Assembly: GCA_963805975.1 (NCBI GenBank)
Contig: CAWDVR010000005.1
Coordinates: 416,001 to 480,000 of the forward strand
Reading direction: 5' to 3'
From: an uncultured Acidobacteriota bacterium
GTDB taxonomy: Bacteria; Acidobacteriota; Thermoanaerobaculia; Multivoradales; SZUA-115
DNA length: 64,000 nucleotides
Shown: one piece after another, positions 1 through 9,729 of the stretch
Layout: the number at the start of each line of letters is the position of its first letter
How positions within the stretch are numbered: the stretch's first letter is position 1
The notes under the pieces: generated by a model
Databases searched by the model: none
The model's input: the letters and a program-made list of their open reading frames with translations, nothing else
Told to the model about the DNA's origin: nothing
Translations under genes and position numbers: made by a program

Positions 1-1262
1 TCCTCCGAGCGGCCCTGGCCCATGCGGTCGGCCTCGGTCTTGCGCCAGAACTGGATCAGCCCCCAGAAGTGCTCGGTGAACTCCTCGATCTCGTGCGCCG
101 GGAAGAGGGCCGCCACCTTGCTGCGCACCGCCTCCTTGGCCGTGCCGCTGCCGAAGAAGTCCCAGGCCACCTCGTCCAGGTGCGCGAGATGACGGTTGCA
201 GAACTCGTGGAAGCGCTCGGTGTCCAGCCGCTGGTCGGCGATCCGGGCGTAGGCGGCGAGCTTCTCGCGGAACGAGAGATCGTCCTGGTCGGCGATCTCG
301 TAGTACGGGTCCCAGTCGAGGTTCTTCCTCATCTTGCGGTCGGTCAGAGCGCAGAACAGGCTCCAGCGCACCTGCGCCTTCACCAGCCAGGGGAAGTGGA
401 AGTGGAGCGAGGTCACCTGCGAGTCCGGGCAGGCGTTGGCGAAGTCGATGGGGTAGAGCACCCCGCCCTCGCGCAGCGACTCGCAGGAGTTGAAGTCCCA
501 GCCGAAGAAGGTGTTGATGGTGAGCGTCTGGTCCCGCAGGTAGGAGGCCTCCTCGCCGGTCAGGAAGTTGAAGGCCACCTCGTAGCGCGCGTGGAGCGGC
601 GCCGACGGGTTGTAGCGGATGCAGCGCACCTGTGGCCCGATGCCGATGCCGCGCACGAAGAGGTCGAAGTTGGCCACCGCCTTCTGCAGGTGCATGATGT
701 TCTTGCCGCTGCCCTCGTACCCGTCGCGCAGCGCCTGGGCGTCGTCGATCCGCTGCACGCCCTTCCAGGCGCCGCCGTCGAAGGGCTTCATGAAGCTCGG
801 GTAGCCGACCTCCTCGCCGATCGACGACAGGCTGAAGAGGCGGGCGTAGCGGTCGAGGGTGATCTGCAGGTCGTCCGAGGGCTCGTACTCCTTGGGCGGC
901 AGCATCCAGGTCTCGGGGATCGGGAAGCCCAGCCGCATCATGGCGCAGTAGGTGGTGTGCTTCTCCATGGACTGGATGGCCCAGGGGTTGTTGAGCACGT
1001 AGAGGTCGTTCATCAGCACGGCCTTTTTGATCCACTCGCGGCTGGTGTGGTACCAGTGGGTGAGGCGGTCGAGCACCAGGTCGTACTTCACCGGCTGGCG
1101 CAGGTCGAAGGGCTCGATGGTCACCCGTTCGACCTCGACCCCGACGCTGTGGCCGCCGATCGGCACCGACAGGTTGAGCTGCTTGACGATCTCCTCGTAG
1201 CACAGCGGCCAGCAGAGGTCCGCGCCGAGGGAGAGGCCGATCTTCTTGGTGAGGGTGGCCAT
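1..1262 (-). CDS. ATP-grasp fold protein (RimK/glutathione synthetase-like), 3' end runs off the window
   Basis: Read manually, not in the ORF track: ATG at 1262, MATLTKKIGLSLGADLCWP...NNPWAIQSMEKH...GYPSFMKPFDGGAWKGV...YPIDFANACPD. ATP-grasp motifs (KP..GG.W, IDF.N); no stop before the window edge. Confidence 0.8.
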   Translation of the reverse strand, partial: MATLTKKIGLSLGADLCWPLCYEEIVKQLNLSVPIGGHSVGVEVERVTIEPFDLRQPVKYDLVLDRLTHWYHTSREWIKKAVLMNDLYVLNNPWAIQSMEKHTTYCAMMRLGFPIPETWMLPPKEYEPSDDLQITLDRYARLFSLSSIGEEVGYPSFMKPFDGGAWKGVQRIDDAQALRDGYEGSGKNIMHLQKAVANFDLFVRGIGIGPQVRCIRYNPSAPLHARYEVAFNFLTGEEASYLRDQTLTINTFFGWDFNSCESLREGGVLYPIDFANACPDSQVTSLHFHFPWLVKAQVRWSLFCALTDRKMRKNLDWDPYYEIADQDDLSFREKLAAYARIADQRLDTERFHEFCNRHLAHLDEVAWDFFGSGTAKEAVRSKVAALFPAHEIEEFTEHFWGLIQFWRKTEADRMGQGRSE

Positions 1263-1292
1263 GTTTTACCTTTCGTAAGTGTCGTCGGAGGC

Positions 1293-1379
1293 CCCTCACC
1301 TAAGCCCTCTCCCGCTGACGCGGGGCGAGGGGACCGGAGCGAGGTCCGGTCCCGCTGCGGGAGAGGGCAGGGGTGAGGG
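1293..1379. repeat. REP-like palindromic element (nested hairpin)
   Basis: Outer arms CCCTCACC-taa-GCCCTCTCCCGC and GCGGGAGAGGGC-agg-GGTGAGGG enclose the inner hairpin GGGACCGGA/TCCGGTCCC. Resembles the widespread 'ccctcacc..ccctctccc..gggagaggg' intergenic repeats. Confidence 0.75.
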
Positions 1380-1383
1380 TTCC

Positions 1384-2519
1384 TTACTCATACACCATCC
1401 ACAGCGGCCCCGGAAACAGCCAGGACAGGCCCTCGCGCAGCGGTCGCGCCAGTTCTCCCAGTTGTGGCCGTCGCGGGCCTCGACGTAGCGCACCTCCATG
1501 CCGGTGGCCTGGAGCAGCGGGACGAGCGAGCGGTTCTCGTAGATCAGCGACTCGTAGGTGCCGCAGGAGACGAAGACCTTCTCCGTGGGCCGCCCCGGGT
1601 TGCCGCGGAACTGGTTGACGAACTTGACCACCGGGTCGAAGGCCGGGCCCCGCTTGTGGTTGCCGATGTCGGTGAAGGCGAAAGAGCCCGATTGCAGCAG
1701 CAGCCGGCCGAAGGCGCCCGGGTAGCGCCAGGCGGCGGCCAGCGACGCCACGGCGCCGAAGCTCGCCCCGGCGAGGCCGCGGGCGGAAGGCGAGGGCTCG
1801 AGCGGGAGGGTCCGGTCGAGCTCGGGCAGCAGCTCCTCGGCCACGAAGCGGGCGTGGCGGGGGTCGTCCGCGTACTCGGTGAGCCGCCCGCGCGAGGAGA
1901 CGAGCGCCACGATCATCGGCGCCACCTCCATCCGGTGGATCAGGTTGTCGAGCACGGTCTGGAGCGAGGCGTAGCGCAGATAGTCGTCGCCGTCGTGCAG
2001 GATCAGCAGCGGGTAGCGCCGGGTGGTGCGGAAACGGGCCGGCAGGTAGAGGCGGTAGCCGTGGTTGCGCTTGAAGGCCTCGCTCCGGACCTCGCGCTCG
2101 TCGATCGTCCCCGGCCGCGCCTCCGGGTCGAAGAGCGTCCATTCGGGCTGCTCGTGCCCCAGGGAATGGACCACGGAGTTGGCGCCGAACGGGTCGCGCG
2201 CGGTGTGCGGGTTCAGCGGGTCGCGCACCCAGTGGTGCTCCTTGCCGCTCACCACGTTGAGCTTGTACTCCACCCGCGAGTTGGCGGGGATCTCCATCAC
2301 CAGGTACCAGAGGTCGCTGCCGTCGATGCGCTTGAAGGGCCGCGAGGTGGGCAGCCCGTAGATGAAGTGCTGGAGCAGCACGGCGTCCGCCTTGCCGCGG
2401 TAGACGAAGGTGATGCTCGGACCCTCGACCAGCGGGAAGGCGTGCTTGGCCAGGAACTCGTCGATCGCCTTGGCGGCGAGCCGCTTCTTGCCTTGCAGCT
2501 CGTGGATCGCGAGGCTCAT
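1384..2519 (-). CDS. Enterochelin esterase (Fes)-like alpha/beta hydrolase with N-terminal E-set/CBM48-like domain; 1-nt frameshift near 1440
   Basis: MSLAIHELQGKK start overlaps the upstream stop. Motifs VEYKL..RDPLNP (E-set), GASFG nucleophile, GHNWENW. The natural C-terminus LREGLSWLFPGPLWMVYE* lies in another frame after WRDR. Confidence 0.8.
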
Positions 2520-3466
2520 AGCGCGGCGGCCTTCCGGAGCGCACCCTCGACGGTCAGCACCTGGGTGCCGGCGCTCGGGCGCCAGCCGCCGGCCTCGCGG
2601 CGCGAGACACGGGCCAGGGGGTCGAGGGCCACACAGGCCGCGGGGGCGAAGCGGCGGGCGAAGAGCGAGACGCGGAGCGCGTCCTCGAGGTCCAGCCGCT
2701 TGCCGGCGTGAGGCAGGGGCAGCACCTCGGTGAAGAGGCCGAGGCCCGCTTCCAGCAGCTCGGCGTTGCCGACGCCCTGTGGCGGATCGTCGTGGAAGAG
2801 GACGACCCGGTCCCCGAGCACCATGGCGCCGGCCGACCAGGCGATGATCGGCCGCATGCCGGCGAGCTCCAGCACGCCGAAGAGCCGCAGGCGGTTGAGC
2901 AGCACGGCCACGTGACCGCCGGCGATGGCGAGCGCCGTCGAGTCGGCGAGCAGGCGGCCGAGCTCGTGCCGGTGGCGCAGCAGTGCCGGGCGCTCGAGCG
3001 GCCGGGCGTCGGCCTCGAAGCGCGCGTGGACCTCGCGGATCCGCGCCAGGTGGTGCACGTCGAGGGTGCGCACCGCTTCGATCGCCGCCTCGACCTCCGG
3101 CTCCGCCAAGTCCAGGCGAGCGGAGAACGAGCGCTCGGCGCGGGCCATCACCTCGCGCGCCGCGGCCAGCGCGTGGGCCAGACGCAGGCGGTAGAAGGCT
3201 TGCAGCTCGCGCAGCCGCTCCTGGCGCTCGCGGTACTTCTCGGCCAGCTTGGGATCGGCGGCGAAGAGCTTCTCGCCGCGCTCGTGCAGCATCAGGTTGA
3301 CGACCGGGCGGTTGAGGTGCGCCCGCATCTCCTCGACCTCGGCCTCGCGCTCCTGCCAGCCGGCGGTGACCGCCGCGATCGGGCCGTCGAGCCCCATCTC
3401 GTCGCACACCGAGACCAGTGTGGGCTGCAGGCGCTGCGGCCCCAGAAGCACGATCGACCTCGCCAT
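2516..3466 (-). CDS. Type 1 glutamine amidotransferase-like / peptidase S51 (cyanophycinase/PepE-like) protein
   Basis: MARSIVLLGPQ start; motifs IAGGH, WSAGAM (nucleophile Ser), GLGL and LPH typical of the S51 fold. Confidence 0.7.
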   Translation of the reverse strand: MARSIVLLGPQRLQPTLVSVCDEMGLDGPIAAVTAGWQEREAEVEEMRAHLNRPVVNLMLHERGEKLFAADPKLAEKYRERQERLRELQAFYRLRLAHALAAAREVMARAERSFSARLDLAEPEVEAAIEAVRTLDVHHLARIREVHARFEADARPLERPALLRHRHELGRLLADSTALAIAGGHVAVLLNRLRLFGVLELAGMRPIIAWSAGAMVLGDRVVLFHDDPPQGVGNAELLEAGLGLFTEVLPLPHAGKRLDLEDALRVSLFARRFAPAACVALDPLARVSRREAGGWRPSAGTQVLTVEGALRKAAAL

Positions 3467-3509
3467 AGGCGGTGTATTATCCCCGCGATCCCGGCTTTGG
3501 AGAACCCGC

Positions 3510-4730
3510 ATGCATGTCGTCTTCGTCGAGCCCGCCTTCCCCTTCAACCAGCGCAAGTTCGTGCGCGGCCTGGCCGAGGTCGGAGCCAAGGTCACCGCGA
3601 TCGGGGAGGTGCCGGCCTCGGCCCTGCCTGCCGACCTCAAGCGAATGCTGCACGACTACGAGGAGGTCTCCTCGGTGGTGCACGAGGAGTCGCTGCTCGA
3701 GGCGGTGAGGAAGGTGCAGCGCCGTGGCTGGGTGGACCGGCTGGAGGCGACGATCGAGGCGCACGTGATGGCCGCCGCCCGCGTGCGCGAGGCCTGCGGC
3801 ATCCCCGGCACCTCGGTCGAGACCACCTATCTCTGCCGTGACAAGCCGGCGATGAAGGAGTTCCTGCGCCAGGCCGGCATCCCGTGCGCGCAGTCGGCGG
3901 CGGCCTCCTCGGCCGCCGAGGTGCGAGAGTTCGCCGCCCGCGTGGGCTTTCCCATCATCTTGAAGCCGAGGAGCGGCGCCGGGGCCTCCGGCACCGTCCG
4001 CGCCGACGACGAGCGGGAGCTCGAGGCGGCGATCGCCAGCCAGGGTTTCGAGCACGGCGCCTCGGTCGCGGTCGAGGAGTTCATCGACGGTCACGAGGGC
4101 TTCTACGACACCATCTCGATCGGCGGCGAGGTGGGGCACGAGTTCATCACCCACTACTACCCGCGCGTGCTCACCGCCATGCGCGAGCGCTCGCCGGCGC
4201 CGATGTTCATCGCCACCAACCGCGTGGACTCCGACGGCTACGACGAGGTCAAGCGCCTGGGGACGAAGGTGATCGAGGCGATGTCGATCGGCACCGCGGC
4301 CACCCACATGGAATGGTTCTTCGGCACCAAGGGCCTGAAGTTCTCCGAGATCGGCTGCCGACCGCCGGGGGTGGGCGCCTGGGACCTCTACACGGCCGCC
4401 AACGAGATGGACGTCTACCGGGAGTGGGCGGCGGCGATCGTCCACGGCCGCACCATGCAGCAGCCCAGCCGGCGCTACTCGGCCGGCATCGTCAACCTGC
4501 GGCCGGACCGCGACGGGCGGATCGTCCGCTACGAGGGCGTCGAGGAGATGGAGCGCGAGCTGGCGGAGTGGATCATCGACTACCACTTCCCGCCGGTGGG
4601 CTCGCGCACGCAGCCGGTCGAGGCCGGCTACATGGCCAACGCCTGGGTGCGCCTGCGCTACCCGGACTTCGACGAGCTCAAGCGCCTGCTCGAGCTGGTG
4701 GGGGAGCGGGTCAAGGTGCACGCGGCGTGA
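3510..4730 (+). CDS. ATP-grasp domain protein (amide/peptide ligase-like)
   Basis: MHVVFVEPAFP start; RDKPAMKE, GFPIILKPRSGAGA, VEEFIDG, HMEWF, FSEIGCRPPG. Confidence 0.88.
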   Translation: MHVVFVEPAFPFNQRKFVRGLAEVGAKVTAIGEVPASALPADLKRMLHDYEEVSSVVHEESLLEAVRKVQRRGWVDRLEATIEAHVMAAARVREACGIPGTSVETTYLCRDKPAMKEFLRQAGIPCAQSAAASSAAEVREFAARVGFPIILKPRSGAGASGTVRADDERELEAAIASQGFEHGASVAVEEFIDGHEGFYDTISIGGEVGHEFITHYYPRVLTAMRERSPAPMFIATNRVDSDGYDEVKRLGTKVIEAMSIGTAATHMEWFFGTKGLKFSEIGCRPPGVGAWDLYTAANEMDVYREWAAAIVHGRTMQQPSRRYSAGIVNLRPDRDGRIVRYEGVEEMERELAEWIIDYHFPPVGSRTQPVEAGYMANAWVRLRYPDFDELKRLLELVGERVKVHAA

Positions 4731-6175
4731 CCTACCTGGCCGTCCACGGCCACTTCTACCAGCCCCCCCGCGACGACCCTGCGAGCGGCGAGATCCCGCC
4801 GGAGCACGGCGCCGAGCCGTTCGCGAACTTCAACGAGAAGATCACCGCCGAGTGCTATCGGCCGAACGCCGAGGCCGGCAACTACGGTCTGCTGTCGTTC
4901 GACTTCGGGCCGACGCTGCTCTCCTGGATGGCGGCAGCGGCGCCCGACGTGCACCGCAAGCTGGTGGCCGCGGACAAGGCGGCGGCCCGGCGCTGCGGCG
5001 CCGGCGGCGCGCTGGCGCAGAGCTACCACCACACCATCCTGCCGCTCGCCACGCGGGCCGAGAAAGAGCTCGAGATCGCCTGGGGGATCGCCGACTTCGA
5101 GCGCCGCTTCGGCCGCCGGCCGCGCGGCCTGTGGCTGCCGGAGACGGCGGCCGACCGCGAGACGCTGGCCGTGGCCGCCGCGCAGGGCATCGACTTCACG
5201 GTGCTGGCCCCCTGGCAGGCCCGTACGCAGACCCTGGACCCCACGCGGCCCTACTGGGTGGAGCTTCCCGAGGGCCGGCGCCTCGCCGTCTTCTTCTTCG
5301 TGCGCAGCCTCTCGGCCCGCGTCTCCTTCGACCCCAGCGCCACCCTCGACGCGGACCGTTTCGCCCAGGAGCACCTCAAGCCGCTCCAGCCCCGGCTCGA
5401 GCCGCGGAGCGACGAGCGGCTGCTGCTCATCGCCACCGACGGCGAGCTCTACGGCCACCACCAGCCGGGCCGCCACCTCTTCCTGCGCCGGCTGCTGAAG
5501 AGCTCCGCGCGCCGCGCCGGCTTCGAGGTCACGAACCTCGCCCGTTTCCTCGACGCGCACCCGCCGGAGGATGCGATCGACATCGTCGAGCCCAGCTCCT
5601 GGAGCTGCCACCACGGGGTCGCGCGCTGGAAGGAGCTCTGCCACTGCACGCCCCACGCGCACTGGAAGGCGCCGCTCCGTCATGTGCTCAATGCCTTGGC
5701 CGGGGATCTCGACCGCGCCTACGAGGAGGCCGCGGCCGAGCTGGTGGAAGACCCGCGCGGGCTCCTCCTGGCCTCGATCGACCTGGCGCTCGGCCGCCGG
5801 TCGCTCGCCAGGCTCACGGCCGCGAGCGCCCGCCGCCCGCTGAAGCGCGCCGAGGTCGCACGGCTGGGCGATCTGCTCGAGGCCCAGCGCCTGCGACACC
5901 GCATGTTCTCCTCCTGCGGCTGGTTCTGGGACGAGCTCGACCGCATCGAGCCCAAGAACTGCCTCAAGGCCGCCGCCGCCGCCGTCTTCCGGACCACCCG
6001 GGCGACCGGCGAAGATCCCTCCCCCTGGCTCCTCGACCAGCTCTCGGTGATCAAGAGCTCCCGCACCGGCCTGACGGCGGACCAGGTGGTGCGGGAGGAG
6101 ATCGCGAAGCTGGCACGCTCTCACCGCGGCTTGTCGAACGCCGGGAGCTCTGGAGACTCCGGAGGCTTGGGGTAG
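4727..6175 (+). CDS. Glycoside hydrolase family 57 / DUF3536 protein
   Basis: GTG overlaps the previous TGA; HGHFYQPPR, HTILPL, GLWLPET, ATDGELYGHH, SWSCHHGVARW, MFSSCGWFWD. Confidence 0.88.
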   Translation: MTYLAVHGHFYQPPRDDPASGEIPPEHGAEPFANFNEKITAECYRPNAEAGNYGLLSFDFGPTLLSWMAAAAPDVHRKLVAADKAAARRCGAGGALAQSYHHTILPLATRAEKELEIAWGIADFERRFGRRPRGLWLPETAADRETLAVAAAQGIDFTVLAPWQARTQTLDPTRPYWVELPEGRRLAVFFFVRSLSARVSFDPSATLDADRFAQEHLKPLQPRLEPRSDERLLLIATDGELYGHHQPGRHLFLRRLLKSSARRAGFEVTNLARFLDAHPPEDAIDIVEPSSWSCHHGVARWKELCHCTPHAHWKAPLRHVLNALAGDLDRAYEEAAAELVEDPRGLLLASIDLALGRRSLARLTAASARRPLKRAEVARLGDLLEAQRLRHRMFSSCGWFWDELDRIEPKNCLKAAAAAVFRTTRATGEDPSPWLLDQLSVIKSSRTGLTADQVVREEIAKLARSHRGLSNAGSSGDSGGLG

Positions 6176-7143
6176 AGCACCGACTGCAAGCTCTTCTCTT
6201 CCGGCTCTCCGTACAGGGTCGGACAGAGGAACGAGCCGCGCTCCGCCTCGGGTTTGTCCTGCTCCGGCGACATCGCGTTGGCGTTCGCCCAGGGGTCCTG
6301 GCGGATACCGGTCACCTGCCAGGAGACCTTGAGGCCGGGGCTGCCGCCGGAGATGCGGAAGCGGTTGTCCTCGATCTCCTCTGCCACGAAGACCGGCGCG
6401 TGACCGCCGAGGCAGGTGAGCTGGTAGCGGAAGTCGCGGTTGAGGGCGCCGAACCACTCGGGAAGCTCCACCACTGCCCCGCCCTTCCCGTCGAGCACTG
6501 CGATGCCGTCATAGACGGTCTTCCGGTCGGGGGACTCGACGGACGAGTGATGCAAGTACTTGTTCGCCGGGTCGAGGGGATGGTCGATGAGGAAGCCACC
6601 GCCAAAATGTACGATAGCGCCGTTAACCCTGACCTTGCCTTGGAAGTCGGCGGCGAAATCCTGCGTGGCAAGGTAGGCGGCTATCCCCTTGGTAACCGTG
6701 TTGACGGCGTAGACGCCGATATTTTCGCCATAGCCTCTGACGCCGTACCCTGGCCACTCGCCGCCGAAGCCATGGCCTACGCCCACGACGCCCGTCTGGG
6801 CGTCGCCGTGGACGCCGGTTCTTACGGCGATCCCCTTGACTCCCAAGTGCCCCCCTACTCCTTGGACGCCCACTCCGTACCTGCCGTCTGAAGGCTCTCC
6901 GTAGACCCCTGCCAAGAAGCCACGCCCGCGCACCCCAACGCCTTCCTCGCGGTCGTTGACGCCCACGACACCGCTAGCTCGGAGTGGGCCGGATAAAGGC
7001 ATGTTGCTCTCGCCGTACACTCCGGCCCGGCCGCCGCTGATGCCTACGGCGCCGTAGCTCGCCTTCGAGTCCCCCAGGGCGCCATAGGTGCCCGGGGCTG
7101 GCACCGGGATACCGCTGAATCCGTCATCTCCTTGGATCGACAT
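6121..7143 (-). CDS. Gly-rich GVxG-repeat protein with phage tail-fibre-like C-terminal domain
   Basis: ATG 7143 after a purine-rich RBS; many GVxG repeats, then FLIDHPLDPANKYLHHSSVESPD...VELPEWF...YQLT...VSWQVTGIRQD. Confidence 0.65.
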   Translation of the reverse strand: MSIQGDDGFSGIPVPAPGTYGALGDSKASYGAVGISGGRAGVYGESNMPLSGPLRASGVVGVNDREEGVGVRGRGFLAGVYGEPSDGRYGVGVQGVGGHLGVKGIAVRTGVHGDAQTGVVGVGHGFGGEWPGYGVRGYGENIGVYAVNTVTKGIAAYLATQDFAADFQGKVRVNGAIVHFGGGFLIDHPLDPANKYLHHSSVESPDRKTVYDGIAVLDGKGGAVVELPEWFGALNRDFRYQLTCLGGHAPVFVAEEIEDNRFRISGGSPGLKVSWQVTGIRQDPWANANAMSPEQDKPEAERGSFLCPTLYGEPEEKSLQSVLYPKPPESPELPAFDKPR

Positions 7144-7430
7144 GGTTTTTTCCCCCTTCTGAACGAACGTCGTGAGTTTGACCGGGCCCCTAGCGAGGGG
7201 ACCAGCGCTTCCGTGTCGAGGAGGAGCTGTCGTTGGAGGTCCGGCTATCTCACCCGAACTCCGGGCCGGGGCCGAGGTCGTTGAGGGATCGGGAAAGGCG
7301 GGCCAGGTGATGCGGGAGGAGCGGGAGAGGGCGTGACCGACTTCGCGACCGTTCCGGCGGGTATGGAACTCTTTGGAGTCAGCGCGGAAGCCCATCTCGC
7401 CTGAGGAGAGGTAGAAACCAAAGCACTCAC

Positions 7431-7471
7431 GGCCGGGCCGCCGCCGCCAAGAGCGCGGCGGCGGCCCGGCC
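7431..7471 (-). terminator. Probable intrinsic terminator hairpin
   Basis: 17-bp perfect stem GGCCGGGCCGCCGCCGC/GCGGCGGCGGCCCGGCC just downstream of the 7489 stop; U-tract weak. Confidence 0.65.
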
Positions 7472-7488
7472 AACTTGTGTGCAGGGCG

Positions 7489-8097
7489 CTACGGGGAGCG
7501 GTCGATGCGGCTGCGCGGCACGTCCGGCGTGACGAAACAGTTGCCGTCGCTCGAGAAAGCCAGCCAGGAACCGGCAAGGAACACGTTGACGCCGTTCAGG
7601 TAGGTGCACTCGATGTAGGCGTCGATCACCTTGGGCGTCCAGATCGGGTTCCCGCCGTAGTTGTAGATCCGCCCGGGGACTCCCCACACGTCCATCGGGC
7701 CCGGCGAGGTGGTCACGGCGGTGTTGGGATTAGCATCCCAGGCCTTGCCCTTGAGCTGCCAGTGGTCGGAGTCGATGCAGCAGTCCGCGATGTAGAAGTC
7801 GAGCCACGAGGCACCGTTGCACTGCACGCGGAAGCCCTGGACCTCGGCCGGACCCGCCGCCTCGCAGATCCACTGCTCTTTCCAGGCAGCCGCCGGGTCG
7901 AGGGGTGGGAAGGGGATGGTGATGAGGTTCGGCCCATACGCCGCCTTCTCACCGAGGCCTGGCGCCAGCCCCTTGGGGTGAGCGTCCTTGACGTAGTTGC
8001 GTGACTCGAGCGGGTTCGGGGGCTGGGACAGGACGGGCGTCGCCGTCAAGGCTACGAGCGCGAGCAGGGCGAGGCAGGCGAACACAAAGCGCTGCAT
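7489..8097 (-). CDS. Secreted Cys-containing hypothetical protein
   Basis: AAGGAG RBS then MQRFVFACLALLALVALTATPVLSQ signal peptide; 6 Cys in the mature part. Confidence 0.7.
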   Translation of the reverse strand: MQRFVFACLALLALVALTATPVLSQPPNPLESRNYVKDAHPKGLAPGLGEKAAYGPNLITIPFPPLDPAAAWKEQWICEAAGPAEVQGFRVQCNGASWLDFYIADCCIDSDHWQLKGKAWDANPNTAVTTSPGPMDVWGVPGRIYNYGGNPIWTPKVIDAYIECTYLNGVNVFLAGSWLAFSSDGNCFVTPDVPRSRIDRSP

Positions 8098-8264
8098 GGT
8101 GGCTCCTTTCCCTCGATTCGAGGGCGTTGGTTGCGGAGAAGGTCCACCAGACGAGGTGCCCATCAACAATGAAGCGTAGACATTTGGAGAGTGGTAATAG
8201 CTACTTCGCAACAGTATTGGATTATCATTGAGCTGCATATGCCCTTCCCTGTGCCGGTCGCCTG

Positions 8265-9674
8265 CTAGCGGGAGTAGAGCCGGATCACCTCCTCGATCAC
8301 GCGCCGGCAGACGGCGCAGAAGCCCACTTCGTCGCGGGTGAACATGGTGCAGTCCTCCTGCGGCCGGTAGAGGCCCTGGGCCTCGTAGGAGGCGCCCTCG
8401 AAGGCTCCGACCTTGCCGGAGTGCTGGTCGGTGCCGAGGAGCTGGGTCGAATGCTGCTGCTCCTCCCGGAACAGGGCGTCCATCTCGGCCTCGGGGCGGC
8501 CCTCGGCGCGGATCGCCCGGCGCTTCGCCTGCACCTCGCGCTGGTAGGCCTCGAACTCGGCCTTTTTCCACGGCGTGGGGAGCGGCACGTCGGGGCTCAG
8601 CAGATCCTTCCACTTGCCGGCCTGCGGGTCCGCCGTCACGTTCTTCTCCCAGGGCTCGGGACGGGCGGAATCGCCCCGCGGCTCGTAAGCCACCGGCGAG
8701 GTGTAGTACTCGTCCGCCAAGGCGGCGAAGTGGTGGCCGAACTCGTGGACGAAGACGTAGGGCGCCCAGGCGCTGTCCGCGGCCACCGTGCCGTAGAGCT
8801 GGAAGATGCCGCCGCCGCCGTAGGTGGCGCCGTTGACCAGGATCTCCACGAAGTCGTAGGGCGCGAAAGCGGCGACCTCGCGGAAGGAGCGGTTGTCGAA
8901 GGAGAGCACGTAGCGTTCGGAGCCGAAGGCGTCGTAGGTGGCGCCCACGGGCGAGCGCCGGTAGACGCCGGTCGAGGGGCGGGAAACGCCGCTCTCGGCC
9001 GCCGGGGGCGCCAGGGCCCAGACGTTGAAGTCGGTCTTGTGCTCGCGGAACGGCGGGTAGCTGAACAGCACTTCGGTCAGGCGCCGCGCGTCGCGCTCGA
9101 ACTTGCCCTGCTCGGCGGGGGTGTAGCCGTCGCCCAGGAGCAGCAGGTCCACCTTGTCCGCGGGCTCGCCGTTCCACAGGAGGTTGATCACCAGCCCGGA
9201 TGCCGGCGGCGCCGAGCGGTCGATGAACGGGTCCACCGGGTCCACCGCGAAGCTCGCCACCTCGACGAATGCCTGGCGCGCATCGCGCTTCTTGAGGCTC
9301 ACCCGCACCGGCTTCTCTGGCGCCGGGAAGCGCAGGGACTCGGAGAATGCCCGCGAGAGGCTCTTCGCCTCGGCCGTGGTCTGCCACTCGCCGAAGATCG
9401 AGGCGAAGCCGCGCGAGTAGAGGACGCGGCCCGTCCCCTGGTCGATCACCTCGAACAGGTAGGGGCCCAGGTTGGTGTCGTCGAGCGGCCGGCGCGGGTT
9501 GCCCGGCCAGGGGAGCGGCTCGAGCACCACGCGGTCGAGCGCGTAGCTCTCTGCCGTGGCGTTGCCGGTGTGGACATAGTCGAGCCGCAGGGTGCGCGGC
9601 GGCTCGGCGGCAGCGGCCGGCAGGGCGACGAGCAGAGAGAGGGCGGCAGAGGAGAGGAAGACGCTCGGTTTCAT
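8265..9674 (-). CDS. Peptidase M64 family (IgA peptidase-like) metallopeptidase
   Basis: Signal peptide; LLGDGYT, YGGGG, HEFGHHFAALADEY, GAFEGA, YRP..DCTM, FCAVC. Confidence 0.9.
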   Translation of the reverse strand: MKPSVFLSSAALSLLVALPAAAAEPPRTLRLDYVHTGNATAESYALDRVVLEPLPWPGNPRRPLDDTNLGPYLFEVIDQGTGRVLYSRGFASIFGEWQTTAEAKSLSRAFSESLRFPAPEKPVRVSLKKRDARQAFVEVASFAVDPVDPFIDRSAPPASGLVINLLWNGEPADKVDLLLLGDGYTPAEQGKFERDARRLTEVLFSYPPFREHKTDFNVWALAPPAAESGVSRPSTGVYRRSPVGATYDAFGSERYVLSFDNRSFREVAAFAPYDFVEILVNGATYGGGGIFQLYGTVAADSAWAPYVFVHEFGHHFAALADEYYTSPVAYEPRGDSARPEPWEKNVTADPQAGKWKDLLSPDVPLPTPWKKAEFEAYQREVQAKRRAIRAEGRPEAEMDALFREEQQHSTQLLGTDQHSGKVGAFEGASYEAQGLYRPQEDCTMFTRDEVGFCAVCRRVIEEVIRLYSR

Positions 9675-9729
9675 GCGGCGGAGGCTAGCAGAGCCTGCGG
9701 CTATACTCCCTGGTCTCATGGCCGGCCTC

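Noticed and set aside
69-1376. 435-aa plus-strand ORF
   Set aside because: Antisense shadow of the minus-strand ATP-grasp gene; no motifs.
6121-7430. Prophage or riboswitch around the fibre-like gene
   Set aside because: No other phage genes, and the upstream region matched no RNA family I could recognise.
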